Source: an uncultured Solirubrobacterales bacterium
GTDB lineage: Bacteria > Actinomycetota > Thermoleophilia > Solirubrobacterales > 70-9
DNA length: 64,000 nucleotides
Direction of reading: 5' to 3'
Assembly (NCBI GenBank): GCA_963697805.1
Contig: CAVOPB010000003.1
Coordinates: forward strand, 295,166 to 359,165
A program made the translations under genes and the position numbers. Positions 34,926 to 45,330 of this stretch are shown in pieces. Below the pieces are notes generated by a model. The model was given only the letters and a program-made list of their open reading frames with translations. It was not told where the DNA came from and did no database searches. Positions within the stretch are counted from its first letter, which is position 1. Each line of letters begins with the position of its first letter.

Positions 34926-36141
34926 CGACGTCAGGGTCCTCGATCTGACCCGGCTCCTCCCGGGGGGCTTCTGCTCGCTGCTGCTCGCCGATCTCGGCGC
35001 CGAGGTGCTGAAGGTCGAGGACACGGGGATGGGCGACTACGTTCGCTGGGCGCCGCCCTACTACGGGGGCGAGGAGCAGCAGGAGCTGGGGACGCGTTCG
35101 GCGCTCTACCTCTCCCTCAACCGCGGCAAGCGCTCGATCCGGCTGAACCTCAAGGAGGAGGAGGGCCGCGAGGCCCTGCTGCGGTTGGTGAAGGAATACG
35201 ACGTCGTCCTCGACGGCTTCCGGCCCGGCGTCCTCGACCGGCTCGGCGTCGGCTACGAGCGGATGCGCGAGGAGAACCCGGCGATCGTTTTCTGCGCGAT
35301 CAGCGGCTATGGCCAGGACGGCCCCTACACCGAGCGCGCCGGCCATGACATGAACTATCTCGGGCTGGTCGGGCTGCTCGGCCTGACCGGCGCCAAGGGG
35401 GGTCCGCCGGTCCAGTCGGGCGGGCAGATCGCCGACCTCGGCGGCGGCGCCCTGATGGCCGCCTTCGGGGTGATGGCGGCGCTGCACGAGAGCCGCCGCT
35501 CTGGGGAGGGCCAGATGGTCGACGTCTCGATGGCCGATGGCGCCCTCTCCTGGCTGGCGATGGTCGCCGGGCGTTACTTCTGCGACGGCGAGGTCCCGCG
35601 GCGCGGTGAGCAGCAGCTCGCCGGCGGCCTGATCTGTTACCTGCCCTATGAGGCGAGCGACGGCTGGGTGACCTGCGGCGCGCTCGAGCCGAAGTTCTGG
35701 GCCGCGCTATGCAACGGGGTCGGGCGTCCGGATCTGATCGAGTCCCAGTTCGACGCCCCCGGCTCCGACGCATGGCGTGAGATCGCCGAGGTCTTTCGCT
35801 CCCGCACCCGCGAGGAGTGGCGGGCGTTCAACGACGAGCACGATTGCTGCGTCGAGCCGGTCCTCGACATCGATGAGGCGCTCGACTCCGAGCTGGTCCG
35901 CGAGCGCGGGATGGTGGTCGAGATGGAGCAGCCCGAGCTGGGGACGATCCGCCAGCTCGGGTTCCCGGTGAAGATGAGCCGCACCCCGGGCGATCCGACC
36001 CGCCCGGCGCCGGCCTTCGGCGAGCACACACGGGAGGTCCTCGCCGAGGCGGGGTTCTCCGAGGACGAGGTCGCGGCGATGCTCGAGTCCGGCGCCGCGG
36101 CGGGGTCCAGCGCCGACTCCGCGGGCACCTTCCGAGCATGA
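34906..36141 (+). CDS. Family III CoA-transferase (CaiB/BaiF-type)
   Basis: 411 aa. Motifs: [51 protein letters not shown]. Confidence 0.85.
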   Translation: [411 protein letters not shown]

Positions 36142-36842
36142 GCGCCAGCGCCGAGCAGTCGCTGTTGCGGATCGGCGAGCTGGCCGAGGCCTCGGGGGTC
36201 CCGGTGCCGACGATCAAGCACTACCTGCGCGAGGGTCTGCTTCCCGAGCCGGTCAAGACCAGCCGCAACATGGCGTACTACCCGCCCGAGTTCGTCGATC
36301 GGATCAGGCTGATCAAGCAGCTGCAGGAGGAGCGGTACATGCCGCTGAAGGCGATCAAGTCGGTCCTCGACGAAGGCCCCGAGCGGGCCCGGGCCCTGGT
36401 CGAGCTCGAGGACCGGATCCTCGATCGCGCCCTCGCCGACGAGCGGGCGCGGACCAGCGCGGCCAAGGCGCGCGAGAGCTACGGGGTGCCAAAGGAGGTC
36501 CTGGACCGGCTCGAGGAGCTCGAGGTGCTGAGCCCGAACAGCCGCGGCTACTCCCCCTCCGACATCCGGATCATCGAGGCGATCAGCCGCTTTCGCACCG
36601 GCGGCTACGACGAGGAGATCGGGTTCACGGTCTACGACACCCTCCGCTATAAGCGGGCGATCGAAGAGCTGGTCCGGGAAGAGATCGGGATGGTGATGGA
36701 GCGGCTCGCGGGCGAGGTGCCGCCGGAGAAGGTCGTCGCGATGCTGGAAGCCGGTTCGCAGCCGCTCCACGACCTGATCGCTGCCCTCCACACCAAGGCG
36801 ATGGTCGCCGAGCTCGAGAGGCACCGCGCGAATCGGCCATAA
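36138..36842 (+). CDS. MerR-family transcriptional regulator
   Basis: 234 aa. N-terminal HTH: LLRIGELAEASGVPVPTIKHYLREGLLPEPVKTSRNMAYY. Confidence 0.85.
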   Translation: MSASAEQSLLRIGELAEASGVPVPTIKHYLREGLLPEPVKTSRNMAYYPPEFVDRIRLIKQLQEERYMPLKAIKSVLDEGPERARALVELEDRILDRALADERARTSAAKARESYGVPKEVLDRLEELEVLSPNSRGYSPSDIRIIEAISRFRTGGYDEEIGFTVYDTLRYKRAIEELVREEIGMVMERLAGEVPPEKVVAMLEAGSQPLHDLIAALHTKAMVAELERHRANRP

Positions 36843-36843
36843 T

Positions 36844-37170
36844 TTGGCGATGGCGCCTGCTGTGGAGAACGGGCCGCAGACCCAGTCGGTGGCGCTGGTC
36901 CTGGCGTCGGTCGGCATCACCCTCTGCTCGGGTCTCGCGCTTGCGTTCGTCTCGCTCCTGATGGCGATCGGAGGGTCTCATCCGATCGCCGGGACCCTCG
37001 GCTGGATCATCGTTCTCCTGCCGCTGCCGGGCGCGATCGTCGGCTCGGTGGCCAGCGTCGCCAGCGGCCGCTGGTGGCCGTTCTGGGTCGGCCTCACTCT
37101 CACCTGTCTGCCCGTCGTGCTGGCGATCCTCCTCGCCGAACCCGGCCACGGCTTCCAGGAAATGGACTAG
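36844..37170 (+). CDS. Small integral membrane protein, hypothetical
   Basis: 108 aa with three or four hydrophobic spans. Sits directly downstream of merR. The ATG at 36850 is an alternative start. Confidence 0.5.
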   Translation: MAMAPAVENGPQTQSVALVLASVGITLCSGLALAFVSLLMAIGGSHPIAGTLGWIIVLLPLPGAIVGSVASVASGRWWPFWVGLTLTCLPVVLAILLAEPGHGFQEMD

Positions 37171-38150
37171 GCGGCCACGCCGCGCAGCTCGGCCAGGCCC
37201 TGCTCGCGGGAGACGATCGGCGCGTAGCCGAGCTCGCCCTTCGCCTTCGAGATGTCGATCGTGCACTCCTGGGTCAGGACCCAGGAGCGAAAGGTCGTCA
37301 TCGGCGGCTCGCCCTTCAGCGGCAGCAGCTTCCAGGCGGCCTGCGAGACGGCCGCAATCGGCCTCGCCGTCCAGGCGGGAAGGCTGCGGTCGGGAGGCTC
37401 GACCCCCTGGGTTCGCAGCATCGCGGTGACGAACTCGCGGAAGACGACGGGCTCGTCGTCGGTGATGAAGTAGGCCTCGCCCGGCCGGCCCTTCCGAGCC
37501 GCCAGCAGCATCCCCTCGACCACGTTGTCGACGTGGGCGGTATCGGTGACGTTGCGGCCGCCGCCGATCCAGGCCCAGCCGCCGCTCTCGACGGTGGCCA
37601 CCATGCCCCTAAGCAGGGTCGTATCGCCCTTGCCCCAGACGAAGCGGGGCCTGACGGTGACGGTCTCGAATCCGCCGCGGTTCGCGCGCCGCACCGCGAG
37701 CTCCGCGCGCGCCTTGGTCGCCGAGTAGGGCGCCGGCGAGTCCGGTCGCAGCGGCGCCTGCTCGTCGACATGGACAAGGGGGTCACCCGCCATCAGAGCC
37801 GCCTCCGTCCCGCAGTGGACGAAGCGACGAACGCCTGCCGCGGCCGCCGCGTTCAGCGCGTTCTCGGTCCCCTCGACGTTCCAGCGCTCGAAGTCCTCCC
37901 ACGGCCCCCACTCGCTTACGTGGGCGGCGAGATGAAAGGCGACATCGGCGCCCGCGGCGCCCGCCTCGAGCGACCCACGGTCGGAGAGGTCGCCGCGCAC
38001 CGGCTCGGCGCCGCGGTCGGCCACCAGTTGGGCCGAGCCGTCGGATCTGGCGAGTGCCCGTACCACAGTCCCGTCGCGGACCAGCCGATCGATCAGGCGG
38101 CCGCCGATGAAGCCAGACCCACCGGTCACGAATGCCGTCGAGGACGTCAC
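37167..38150 (-). CDS. NAD-dependent epimerase/dehydratase (3-beta-HSD-like) family protein
   Basis: [24 protein letters not shown]..., then [10 protein letters not shown] chose the GTG at 38150; the ATG at 38210 is an alternative. The 506-aa track ORF extends antisense into the collagen-like gene and is not credible. Confidence 0.8.
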   Translation of the reverse strand: MTSSTAFVTGGSGFIGGRLIDRLVRDGTVVRALARSDGSAQLVADRGAEPVRGDLSDRGSLEAGAAGADVAFHLAAHVSEWGPWEDFERWNVEGTENALNAAAAAGVRRFVHCGTEAALMAGDPLVHVDEQAPLRPDSPAPYSATKARAELAVRRANRGGFETVTVRPRFVWGKGDTTLLRGMVATVESGGWAWIGGGRNVTDTAHVDNVVEGMLLAARKGRPGEAYFITDDEPVVFREFVTAMLRTQGVEPPDRSLPAWTARPIAAVSQAAWKLLPLKGEPPMTTFRSWVLTQECTIDISKAKGELGYAPIVSREQGLAELRGVAA

Positions 38151-38286
38151 CGGCGCCGATGTTAGTCCCAGCCGGGCGGGGGTAGGTGGTCGATCAGACG
38201 TCCAGATCATTTTGGCGTGGCGGCCCTGGGCTGGTACGCCTGTGCGGAGTAGTCCATCCCGGCGCGATCGACCTGGAGGAGGCGGC

Positions 38287-39318
38287 ATGAACTTGACGAT
38301 TGGTAGGCGGGCGGTTCCGTTGGCCCTGATCGGACTGACAGCTGCGGTGGCTGTGCTGATTCTTGCAATGGGTCCCGGTCTCGCCCAGGCCGACCCTGGC
38401 CATGGTTCGGCAAAGAAGTCGAAGAAGGGCAAGAAGGGACCGAGGGGGGCGAAGGGGCCGAAGGGCGACCAGGGGCCGCCGGGGCCGCAGGGGCCGATCG
38501 GCCTGCCCGGGCCGAAAGGCGACCCCGGCCCAGCCGGTGCTGAAGGCCCCCGCGGGGCGACGGGATCCACCGGCCCGGCGGGGACGCCAGGAGCAAACGG
38601 CGCAACCGGCGCAACCGGGGCGACAGGGACTTCAGGGACTCCAGGGGCTGCAGGCGCGACCGGAGCGACCGGCCCGGCGGGGCCCACTGGCCCGAGTGGG
38701 CCTGCGGGTGGCCCGACGGGCGAAACAGGCCGCCACCGGGGCTACTGGGGCGACGGGGGACGCTGGTGCGACCGGGGACGTTGGCGCGACTGGCGCGACC
38801 GGTGCCACGGGTCCATCAGGTCCGGAAGGTCCAACCGGAGCCGAAGGGGCAACCGGAGCCACCGGTGCGACCGGAGAGGCGGGCGGAGCCGGAGACATCG
38901 GCGCCACTGGCCCAACTGGGCCGAGCGGCCCAACTGGGCCAACTGGCTCGACCGGAGACACCGGAGCGACTGGTGACAACGGCGCAACCGGTGACAGCGG
39001 CGCCACGGGTGGAGCTGGGCCAACCGGCGATACGGGCGCGACCGGCGCCACCGGTCCGGCCGCGAGCCAGATTGTATGGGGATCGGCGACCGAAGCACGA
39101 TCAATCGGCGGACCTGTCCCGCGGAAACCGTCCTCTTGGGTGGTGGGTTCGAGCTCGTCAATGAAGGTGGAAAGGCCCAACCGGAAGCGGCAGACGACAT
39201 CTCCGCGAGCCAATCCAGACTGACGACGGACCCGGTTGGGAAGCCACGGTGCTTCAGCAGAACCGGCGCGGACACCGAAGTCATCGCCTACGCGGTCTGC
39301 TCGGCTCCAACTCCCTAG
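38287..39318 (+). pseudogene. Collagen-like (Gly-X-Y) secreted protein, frameshifted paralogue of 39458..40453
   Basis: Signal peptide [35 protein letters not shown], then Gly-X-Y repeats in frame 1 up to about 38730. The Gly-X-Y periodicity continues only in frame 2 (38732 to about 39076), and the C-terminal domain resumes in frame 1 (39079-39318). Read as a single frame, it stops at 38974-38976. Confidence 0.6.
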
Positions 39319-39338
39319 GAGCCGACATAAGTGCGTGC

Positions 39339-39369
39339 TCGAGCCCCCGGCCTGAGGCCGGGGGCTCGA
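39339..39369 (+). terminator. Strong hairpin (14-bp perfect stem TCGAGCCCCCGGCC / GGCCGGGGGCTCGA, loop TGA)
   Basis: Read directly from the sequence, 20 nt downstream of the stop of the first collagen-like gene. There is no T-run. Confidence 0.5.
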
Positions 39370-39457
39370 CGCGTGGGCCGGCATAGGTCAGATGTCCAAA
39401 TTGGCCGAATGGTCAATTCAGTGAATCCGCCAGTGATCCGAACTGGAGTGGGCGGAC

Positions 39458-40453
<996 letters not shown>

Positions 40454-40506
40454 GGGTGGGTCTCCACATAGGGGTGTCCAGCTGACGCACCTATAGCCTG
40501 GCCACG

Positions 40507-41349
40507 GTGAAATCCGCGTTGGTCACCGGCGCTTCGACCGGAATCGGGAGGGCGACCGCACTGTGGCTCGACTCGAGGAATTGGCGGGTCTACGCCGGGG
40601 TCCGCCGTGAGGAGGACGCGACCTCACTCGCCGAGGGCGCCTCCGATCGCCTCCAACCACTGATCCTCGACGTCACCAGCGCCGAGCAGATCGAGGCGGC
40701 GTCGCGTCGCGTCGCCGAGGACACCGGGGGCGCCGGCCTCGACGGCCTCGTCAACAACGCCGGCATCGCCGTGCCGGGGCCGCTCGAGACGCTGCCGATC
40801 GAGGACTTCCGCCGCCAGGTCGAGGTCAGCCTCACCGCCCAGGTCGCCGTCACCAAGGCGATGCTGCCGTCGATCCGCTCGGCGCAGGGCCGGGTCGTCT
40901 TCATCACCTCGATCGGCGGCCTGATGGCGGTCCAGATGTTCGGCGCCTACCACGCCGCCAAGTTCGGCCTCGAGGCGGTCGGCGACGTCTTCCGCCAGGA
41001 GCTGGCGCCCTGGGGCATCAGGGTCTCGATCGTCGAGCCGGGATCGATCGCGACCCCGATCTGGGAGCGGGGGGTCGGCGAGGCCGACGCCCTCCTCGAG
41101 CGCGCCACCGAGGAGGAGAGGGCGCTCTATCCCAAGTACATCGCCAAGTACCAACAGCTGGCTCGGGGCGCCGCGCTACGGGGGGTCCCTCCCGAGAAGG
41201 TCTCGGCGACGATCGAGAGGGCGCTGACGACGGCCCGTCCTCGGGCCCGCTACCTGGTCGGCATCGACGCCCGGGCCCAGGCGCTGATGGCCCGCTTCCT
41301 GCCCGCTCGGCTCGTCGACCGCCTGATCTCGCTCTTCACCGGCCTCTAG
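40507..41349 (+). CDS. SDR-family oxidoreductase
   Basis: 280 aa. Motifs: ALVTGASTGIGRATA, NNAGI, YHAAKFGLEAV. Confidence 0.85.
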   Translation: MKSALVTGASTGIGRATALWLDSRNWRVYAGVRREEDATSLAEGASDRLQPLILDVTSAEQIEAASRRVAEDTGGAGLDGLVNNAGIAVPGPLETLPIEDFRRQVEVSLTAQVAVTKAMLPSIRSAQGRVVFITSIGGLMAVQMFGAYHAAKFGLEAVGDVFRQELAPWGIRVSIVEPGSIATPIWERGVGEADALLERATEEERALYPKYIAKYQQLARGAALRGVPPEKVSATIERALTTARPRARYLVGIDARAQALMARFLPARLVDRLISLFTGL

Positions 41350-41355
41350 GCCCGA

Positions 41356-44300
41356 TCAGCCGGCCGTGGCGAGGGCCTCGCGCTCCCTCTCGATCGAGAT
41401 CAGGGCCATCTCGCACCCGTTCGCGCGGGCCACCGTCTCGGCCTCGTCGAGCAGCTCGGCGACGCCCTCACCGCCCGCGGCTGCGCGAGCTTTCACCAGC
41501 GCCCGCAGCGCAAGGGGAAGTGACCAGCCGAGGCGGTACTCCCGTCCCTCTTCGACCGCGGCTTCGGCGACCGCGACGGCCTCCTCCAGCTTGCCCACTC
41601 CGGTCAGCGCTTCGGAGCGGACGCCCGCGCGCCACACGGCCATCTCCCCGCCCTCGGGCATTGCCTCGAGGTAGATCCGCTCCGCCGACTCGATCGACTC
41701 CAGAGCCGCCCCATAGTCCTCGGCCGTCAGCTGGACCGCGGCGAGGTTGCTGGTCGCGACCGTCCTCGAAAAGACGTCGCCGAGTCGCTCGGTCGACTCG
41801 AGGCTGCGTCGTGCCAGCTCCAGCCCCTCGGCGATGTCGCCCTGCAGCGCGATGAGGTAGGCGTGGTTGCTTTTCACCCAACACGCGGTCTCGGGATCGC
41901 CGTCCTCCTCCGCGATCCGCAGTGCTTTGGCAAACAGCTCCGCGGACTCCTCGAGCCGCGCTCGCTCGCGCGCCGCGAGGCCCTTGCTCATGTACGCGTA
42001 GGCGAGCGGGCTGCCGACCAGAATTCCCGCACCGATCGAGCGGTCGCCGTCGATCAGCTCGATCATCTCGTCGAGGACGGCTTCGAAGCCGTCGAGATCC
42101 CCCGTGATCAGGTGCGGGTAGGCGGCGATCGCCCGGATCGCAACCCGCAGGGGAAGGTCGCCGGTCTCATCGGCGAGCTCGGTCGCCTCCTCGGCGGACG
42201 CCAGCCACGCATCCGGATCGCGGAGCCTCCCGGGACGGACTCCCGTCGCCGTCTTCAACATGGCGAGCGAGTGCGTGTCCCCGGACCTCGTCGCTATCTC
42301 CTCCGCTTCGGAGACCAGCTTCGCTTCCTCGGCCCTGTCCATTCCCAGCCGCCAGGCGTAGTCGAGCAGCATCAGGCGCGAGGTGACAGCGAGCGAGCTC
42401 GCTTCGGGGCCCTCATTCGGGTCTGGGACGAGCCGCATCACAGATTCCCAAAGCCGCATCGCCTCACGGGGCTGGCTGTGCCCCGCCCAGTGCGCGCCTC
42501 GCGCCGACCAGCGGGCCGCCTCGCGCAGCTCACCGCCCGCCTCGAAATGGTGGGCGATCAAAGGCGCCAGCTCGTCGTGGCGATCGGGGTTGAGGTCGAT
42601 CGTCGCCCGCGCCACCGCCGCGTGGGTCCGTGCCCGCTGCTCGCCGAGCTGGGTCCCGTAGGCGACCTCGCGGGTGAGGGGGTGGCGGAAGGCGATCACG
42701 CGCTCCGGGTAGAGCTCGGCCTCGTAGAGGAACTCGGCATCGATCGCCCTCCGCAAAGCGTCCCCGCAGGTGTCCTCGTCCTCGAACCCGGAGACCTGCA
42801 TCAGCGCCGGCTGGGCCACCTCCTTGCCGGCGACCGACATCGCCTGCAGGAGCCGCTTCGCGTCGGCATCGAGCCGATCGATCCGGGCGGCGAGGACGGT
42901 CTGGACGCTGGCGGGGACCTTGACGTCGCAGACCGGCTGGATCAGACGCTGGGCCCCGCGCTCGCCCTCGAGCGACCCGCTCTCCGAGAGTTCGCGGACG
43001 ATCTCCTCGATGAAGAACGGGTTGCCGGCCGTGCGCTCGTGGATCAGGTCGGCGAGCCCGTCCAGGGACGGATCGTCCCCGACGAGGTCGCGGAGCAGTA
43101 TCTCGGTGTCGGCGGGCCCGAGCGGCTCGAGCGGGATCTGGCGGTAGTTGGCGAGCTCCCCCCATCTGGGGGAGTACTCGGGCCGGTAGTTGAGGATCAC
43201 GAGAGTCTTCGTGCCGTCGACCGAGCCGAGCAGCTCTCCGAGCAGGGCGTCGCTGCCCTCGTCCATCCAGTGCAGGTCCTCGATTACGTTGACCGACGCC
43301 TCGCGGCGGTTGGGGGCGCGGAGGAGCTTGCAGAGAAGGCCGCGGAGCGAGCGCTGGCGGGCCTCGGGGCTGAGCTGCGGCGGCGGCCGGTCGGGGTCGG
43401 GCAGCCCCATGAAGTCGAAGAGGATCGGGAGGTCGTCGATCAGGTCCGGGGCGAGCAGCAGCGCCCGCCCGGCGATCCTCTCGCGAGAGATCCGCTCAGG
43501 ATCGGAATCGGAGACGCCGAAGTAGGCGCGCAGGATCTGCAGCACCGGCGCGAACGGAGTCTCCTGGCCGTGCGCCTGCGCCTGCGCTTCGTACACCTCG
43601 ATCCCGCGGGCCCGGCAATGCTCGGCGAACTCGGCGGTGAGGCGGCTCTTGCCGAGCCCCGCTTCGGCGGCGATCCCGATCACGGCGCCACGGTCGGCCT
43701 GCGCCGCTTCGAGCCCCTCCTCGAGCGTCTGCAGCTCCGCCTTGCGGCCGACGAAATGGGAGAAGCCCCGCTCGCGCGAGAGGTCGAGCCGCGATCGCGC
43801 CGATCCGATCCCGGTCAGCTGGTGGACCCTGACCGGGCGGCTCGAGCCCTTGATCTCGAACTCGCCGAGGTCCTCGAGGTCGAGGAACCCGCGGGCCAGC
43901 TCCGCCGCGGCCTCGGTGAGGTAGGCCTTCCCCGGCTCGGCCAGCGCCTCCATCCGCTGTGCGAGGCCGACCGTGTGCCCGATCGCGGTGTAGTTGCCGT
44001 CGCCTCCGTCCCCGATCGCCCCGGCGATCACCTCGCCGGAGTTGATCCCGATCCGGGCCGAGAAATTGAGGCCGTGCTTGCGCCGTAGCTCCGCCGCGTA
44101 CTCGGAGATGTCTTCGAGCATGCGCAGCGCCGCGTAACAGGCGCGTTGGGCGTGGTCCTCGTGGGCGATCGGCGCTCCGAACACGGCCATGATCCCGTCG
44201 CCGGTGAATTTGTCGACGGTGCCCTCGAAGCGGTGCACCGCTTCGGAGAGGATCGAGAAGAAGCCCTGCATGATCCCGCGCCACTGCTCGGGGTCCTGCT

Positions 44301-44400
44301 GCTCGGCCATGTCCATCGATCCCATGACGTCGGCGAAGAGGACGGTGACGAGCTTGCGCTCACCGTCGGTCTCGATCCGCCGTGCCTCAGTCGTAGCCAT
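41356..44400 (-). CDS. Class III adenylate/guanylate cyclase fused to a STAND-type NTPase and a TPR-like C-terminal region
   Basis: Cyclase motifs: VTVLFADVMGSMDM, FTGDGIMAVFGAP, RIGINSGEV. P-loop: AAEAGLGKSRL. The long helical C-terminus has repeated A/L-rich segments. I chose the ATG at 44400; the track start is 44412. Confidence 0.85.
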   Translation of the reverse strand: MATTEARRIETDGERKLVTVLFADVMGSMDMAEQQDPEQWRGIMQGFFSILSEAVHRFEGTVDKFTGDGIMAVFGAPIAHEDHAQRACYAALRMLEDISEYAAELRRKHGLNFSARIGINSGEVIAGAIGDGGDGNYTAIGHTVGLAQRMEALAEPGKAYLTEAAAELARGFLDLEDLGEFEIKGSSRPVRVHQLTGIGSARSRLDLSRERGFSHFVGRKAELQTLEEGLEAAQADRGAVIGIAAEAGLGKSRLTAEFAEHCRARGIEVYEAQAQAHGQETPFAPVLQILRAYFGVSDSDPERISRERIAGRALLLAPDLIDDLPILFDFMGLPDPDRPPPQLSPEARQRSLRGLLCKLLRAPNRREASVNVIEDLHWMDEGSDALLGELLGSVDGTKTLVILNYRPEYSPRWGELANYRQIPLEPLGPADTEILLRDLVGDDPSLDGLADLIHERTAGNPFFIEEIVRELSESGSLEGERGAQRLIQPVCDVKVPASVQTVLAARIDRLDADAKRLLQAMSVAGKEVAQPALMQVSGFEDEDTCGDALRRAIDAEFLYEAELYPERVIAFRHPLTREVAYGTQLGEQRARTHAAVARATIDLNPDRHDELAPLIAHHFEAGGELREAARWSARGAHWAGHSQPREAMRLWESVMRLVPDPNEGPEASSLAVTSRLMLLDYAWRLGMDRAEEAKLVSEAEEIATRSGDTHSLAMLKTATGVRPGRLRDPDAWLASAEEATELADETGDLPLRVAIRAIAAYPHLITGDLDGFEAVLDEMIELIDGDRSIGAGILVGSPLAYAYMSKGLAARERARLEESAELFAKALRIAEEDGDPETACWVKSNHAYLIALQGDIAEGLELARRSLESTERLGDVFSRTVATSNLAAVQLTAEDYGAALESIESAERIYLEAMPEGGEMAVWRAGVRSEALTGVGKLEEAVAVAEAAVEEGREYRLGWSLPLALRALVKARAAAGGEGVAELLDEAETVARANGCEMALISIEREREALATAG

Positions 44401-44444
44401 GCGTACGGGCAATCGTAGCCACGCGGCCTCCTATACTGGGCCGA

Positions 44445-44472
44445 GACCGATTGACTGGTCAGTCAATCGGTC
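44445..44472. promoter_or_regulatory. Perfect 13-bp inverted repeat GACCGATTGACTG-GT-CAGTCAATCGGTC, a candidate TetR operator
   Basis: Read directly from the sequence. It ends 12 nt upstream of the nitrilase-family gene start (44485). The TetR gene is co-operonic, and TATACT at 44432-44437 looks like a -10 element. Confidence 0.55.
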
Positions 44473-44484
44473 GAAGATCAGTGA

Positions 44485-45330
44485 GTGCCGAAAGAGGACG
44501 ACTTGCGCGCAGCCGCAGTACAGCTCAATTCTACGGACGACAAGGCGGGCAACCTCGCCACCGCCGAGCGCCTGGTCCGCGCCGCGGCGGCGGACGGCGC
44601 GACCCTCGTCGCACTGCCCGAGAAGTGGAACCTGCTCGCCGCCGGGGAGCGCCTGCTGGCCGAGGCTGAGCCGCTCGACGGCCCGAGCCTGACCGCCGCC
44701 CGGGGCTGGGCCCGCGAGCTCGGAATCCACCTCCTCGCCGGCAGCATCTCCACCGCGGGCGAGGAGAAGGCATTCAACACCTCGGTCCTGATCGGCCCCG
44801 ACGGCTCCGACCTCGCCGTCTACCGCAAGATCCACATGTTCGACGTGGTCGTCGGCGGGGTCACCTACCGCGAGTCCGAGCACGAGGACCCGGGCGAGGA
44901 GATCGTCACCGCCCCGCTCGGCGAGGCCGATCTCGGGCTGTCCGTCTGTTACGACCTCCGCTTCCCGGAGCTGTACCGCATCCTGACTCTGCGCGGCGCC
45001 CGCGTGATCTCGGTGCCATCGGCCTTCACCGCGACCACCGGCCGCGACCACTGGGAGGTGCTGCTGCGGGCGCGCGCGATCGAGAACCAGGTCTTCCTGA
45101 TCGCCCCCAACCAGATCGGCGAGGCGCCTCCCCAGTACGACTCCTACGGTCACTCCGCGATCGTCGACCCCTGGGGCGAGGTCCTCGCGATCGCGCCTGA
45201 CGAGGAGTGCTTCGTCGCCGCCGACCTCGACCTCGAGGCCCAGGAGCGGGTACGCGAGTCCCTGCCCTCGCTGGCCAACCGCAGGCCCGAGGCCTACACC
45301 TGGCCCCAGCTCGTGGAGGCCCACGCCTGA
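44485..45330 (+). CDS. Carbon-nitrogen hydrolase (nitrilase/omega-amidase) family protein
   Basis: 281 aa. E-K-C triad context: VALPEKWN, YRKIHMFD, SVCYDLRFPELY. Confidence 0.85.
   Translation: MPKEDDLRAAAVQLNSTDDKAGNLATAERLVRAAAADGATLVALPEKWNLLAAGERLLAEAEPLDGPSLTAARGWARELGIHLLAGSISTAGEEKAFNTSVLIGPDGSDLAVYRKIHMFDVVVGGVTYRESEHEDPGEEIVTAPLGEADLGLSVCYDLRFPELYRILTLRGARVISVPSAFTATTGRDHWEVLLRARAIENQVFLIAPNQIGEAPPQYDSYGHSAIVDPWGEVLAIAPDEECFVAADLDLEAQERVRESLPSLANRRPEAYTWPQLVEAHA

Noticed and set aside
38632-39384. Minus-strand ORFs rich in PVAPVGPV opposite the collagen-like genes (38632..39384, 39571..39990, 40015..40467, 58675..59556).
   Set aside because: They are the reverse-complement reading of Gly-X-Y (GGN NNN NNN) repeats. 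The sense strand carries signal peptides, RBSs and conserved C-terminal domains, and the antisense strand has none of these.
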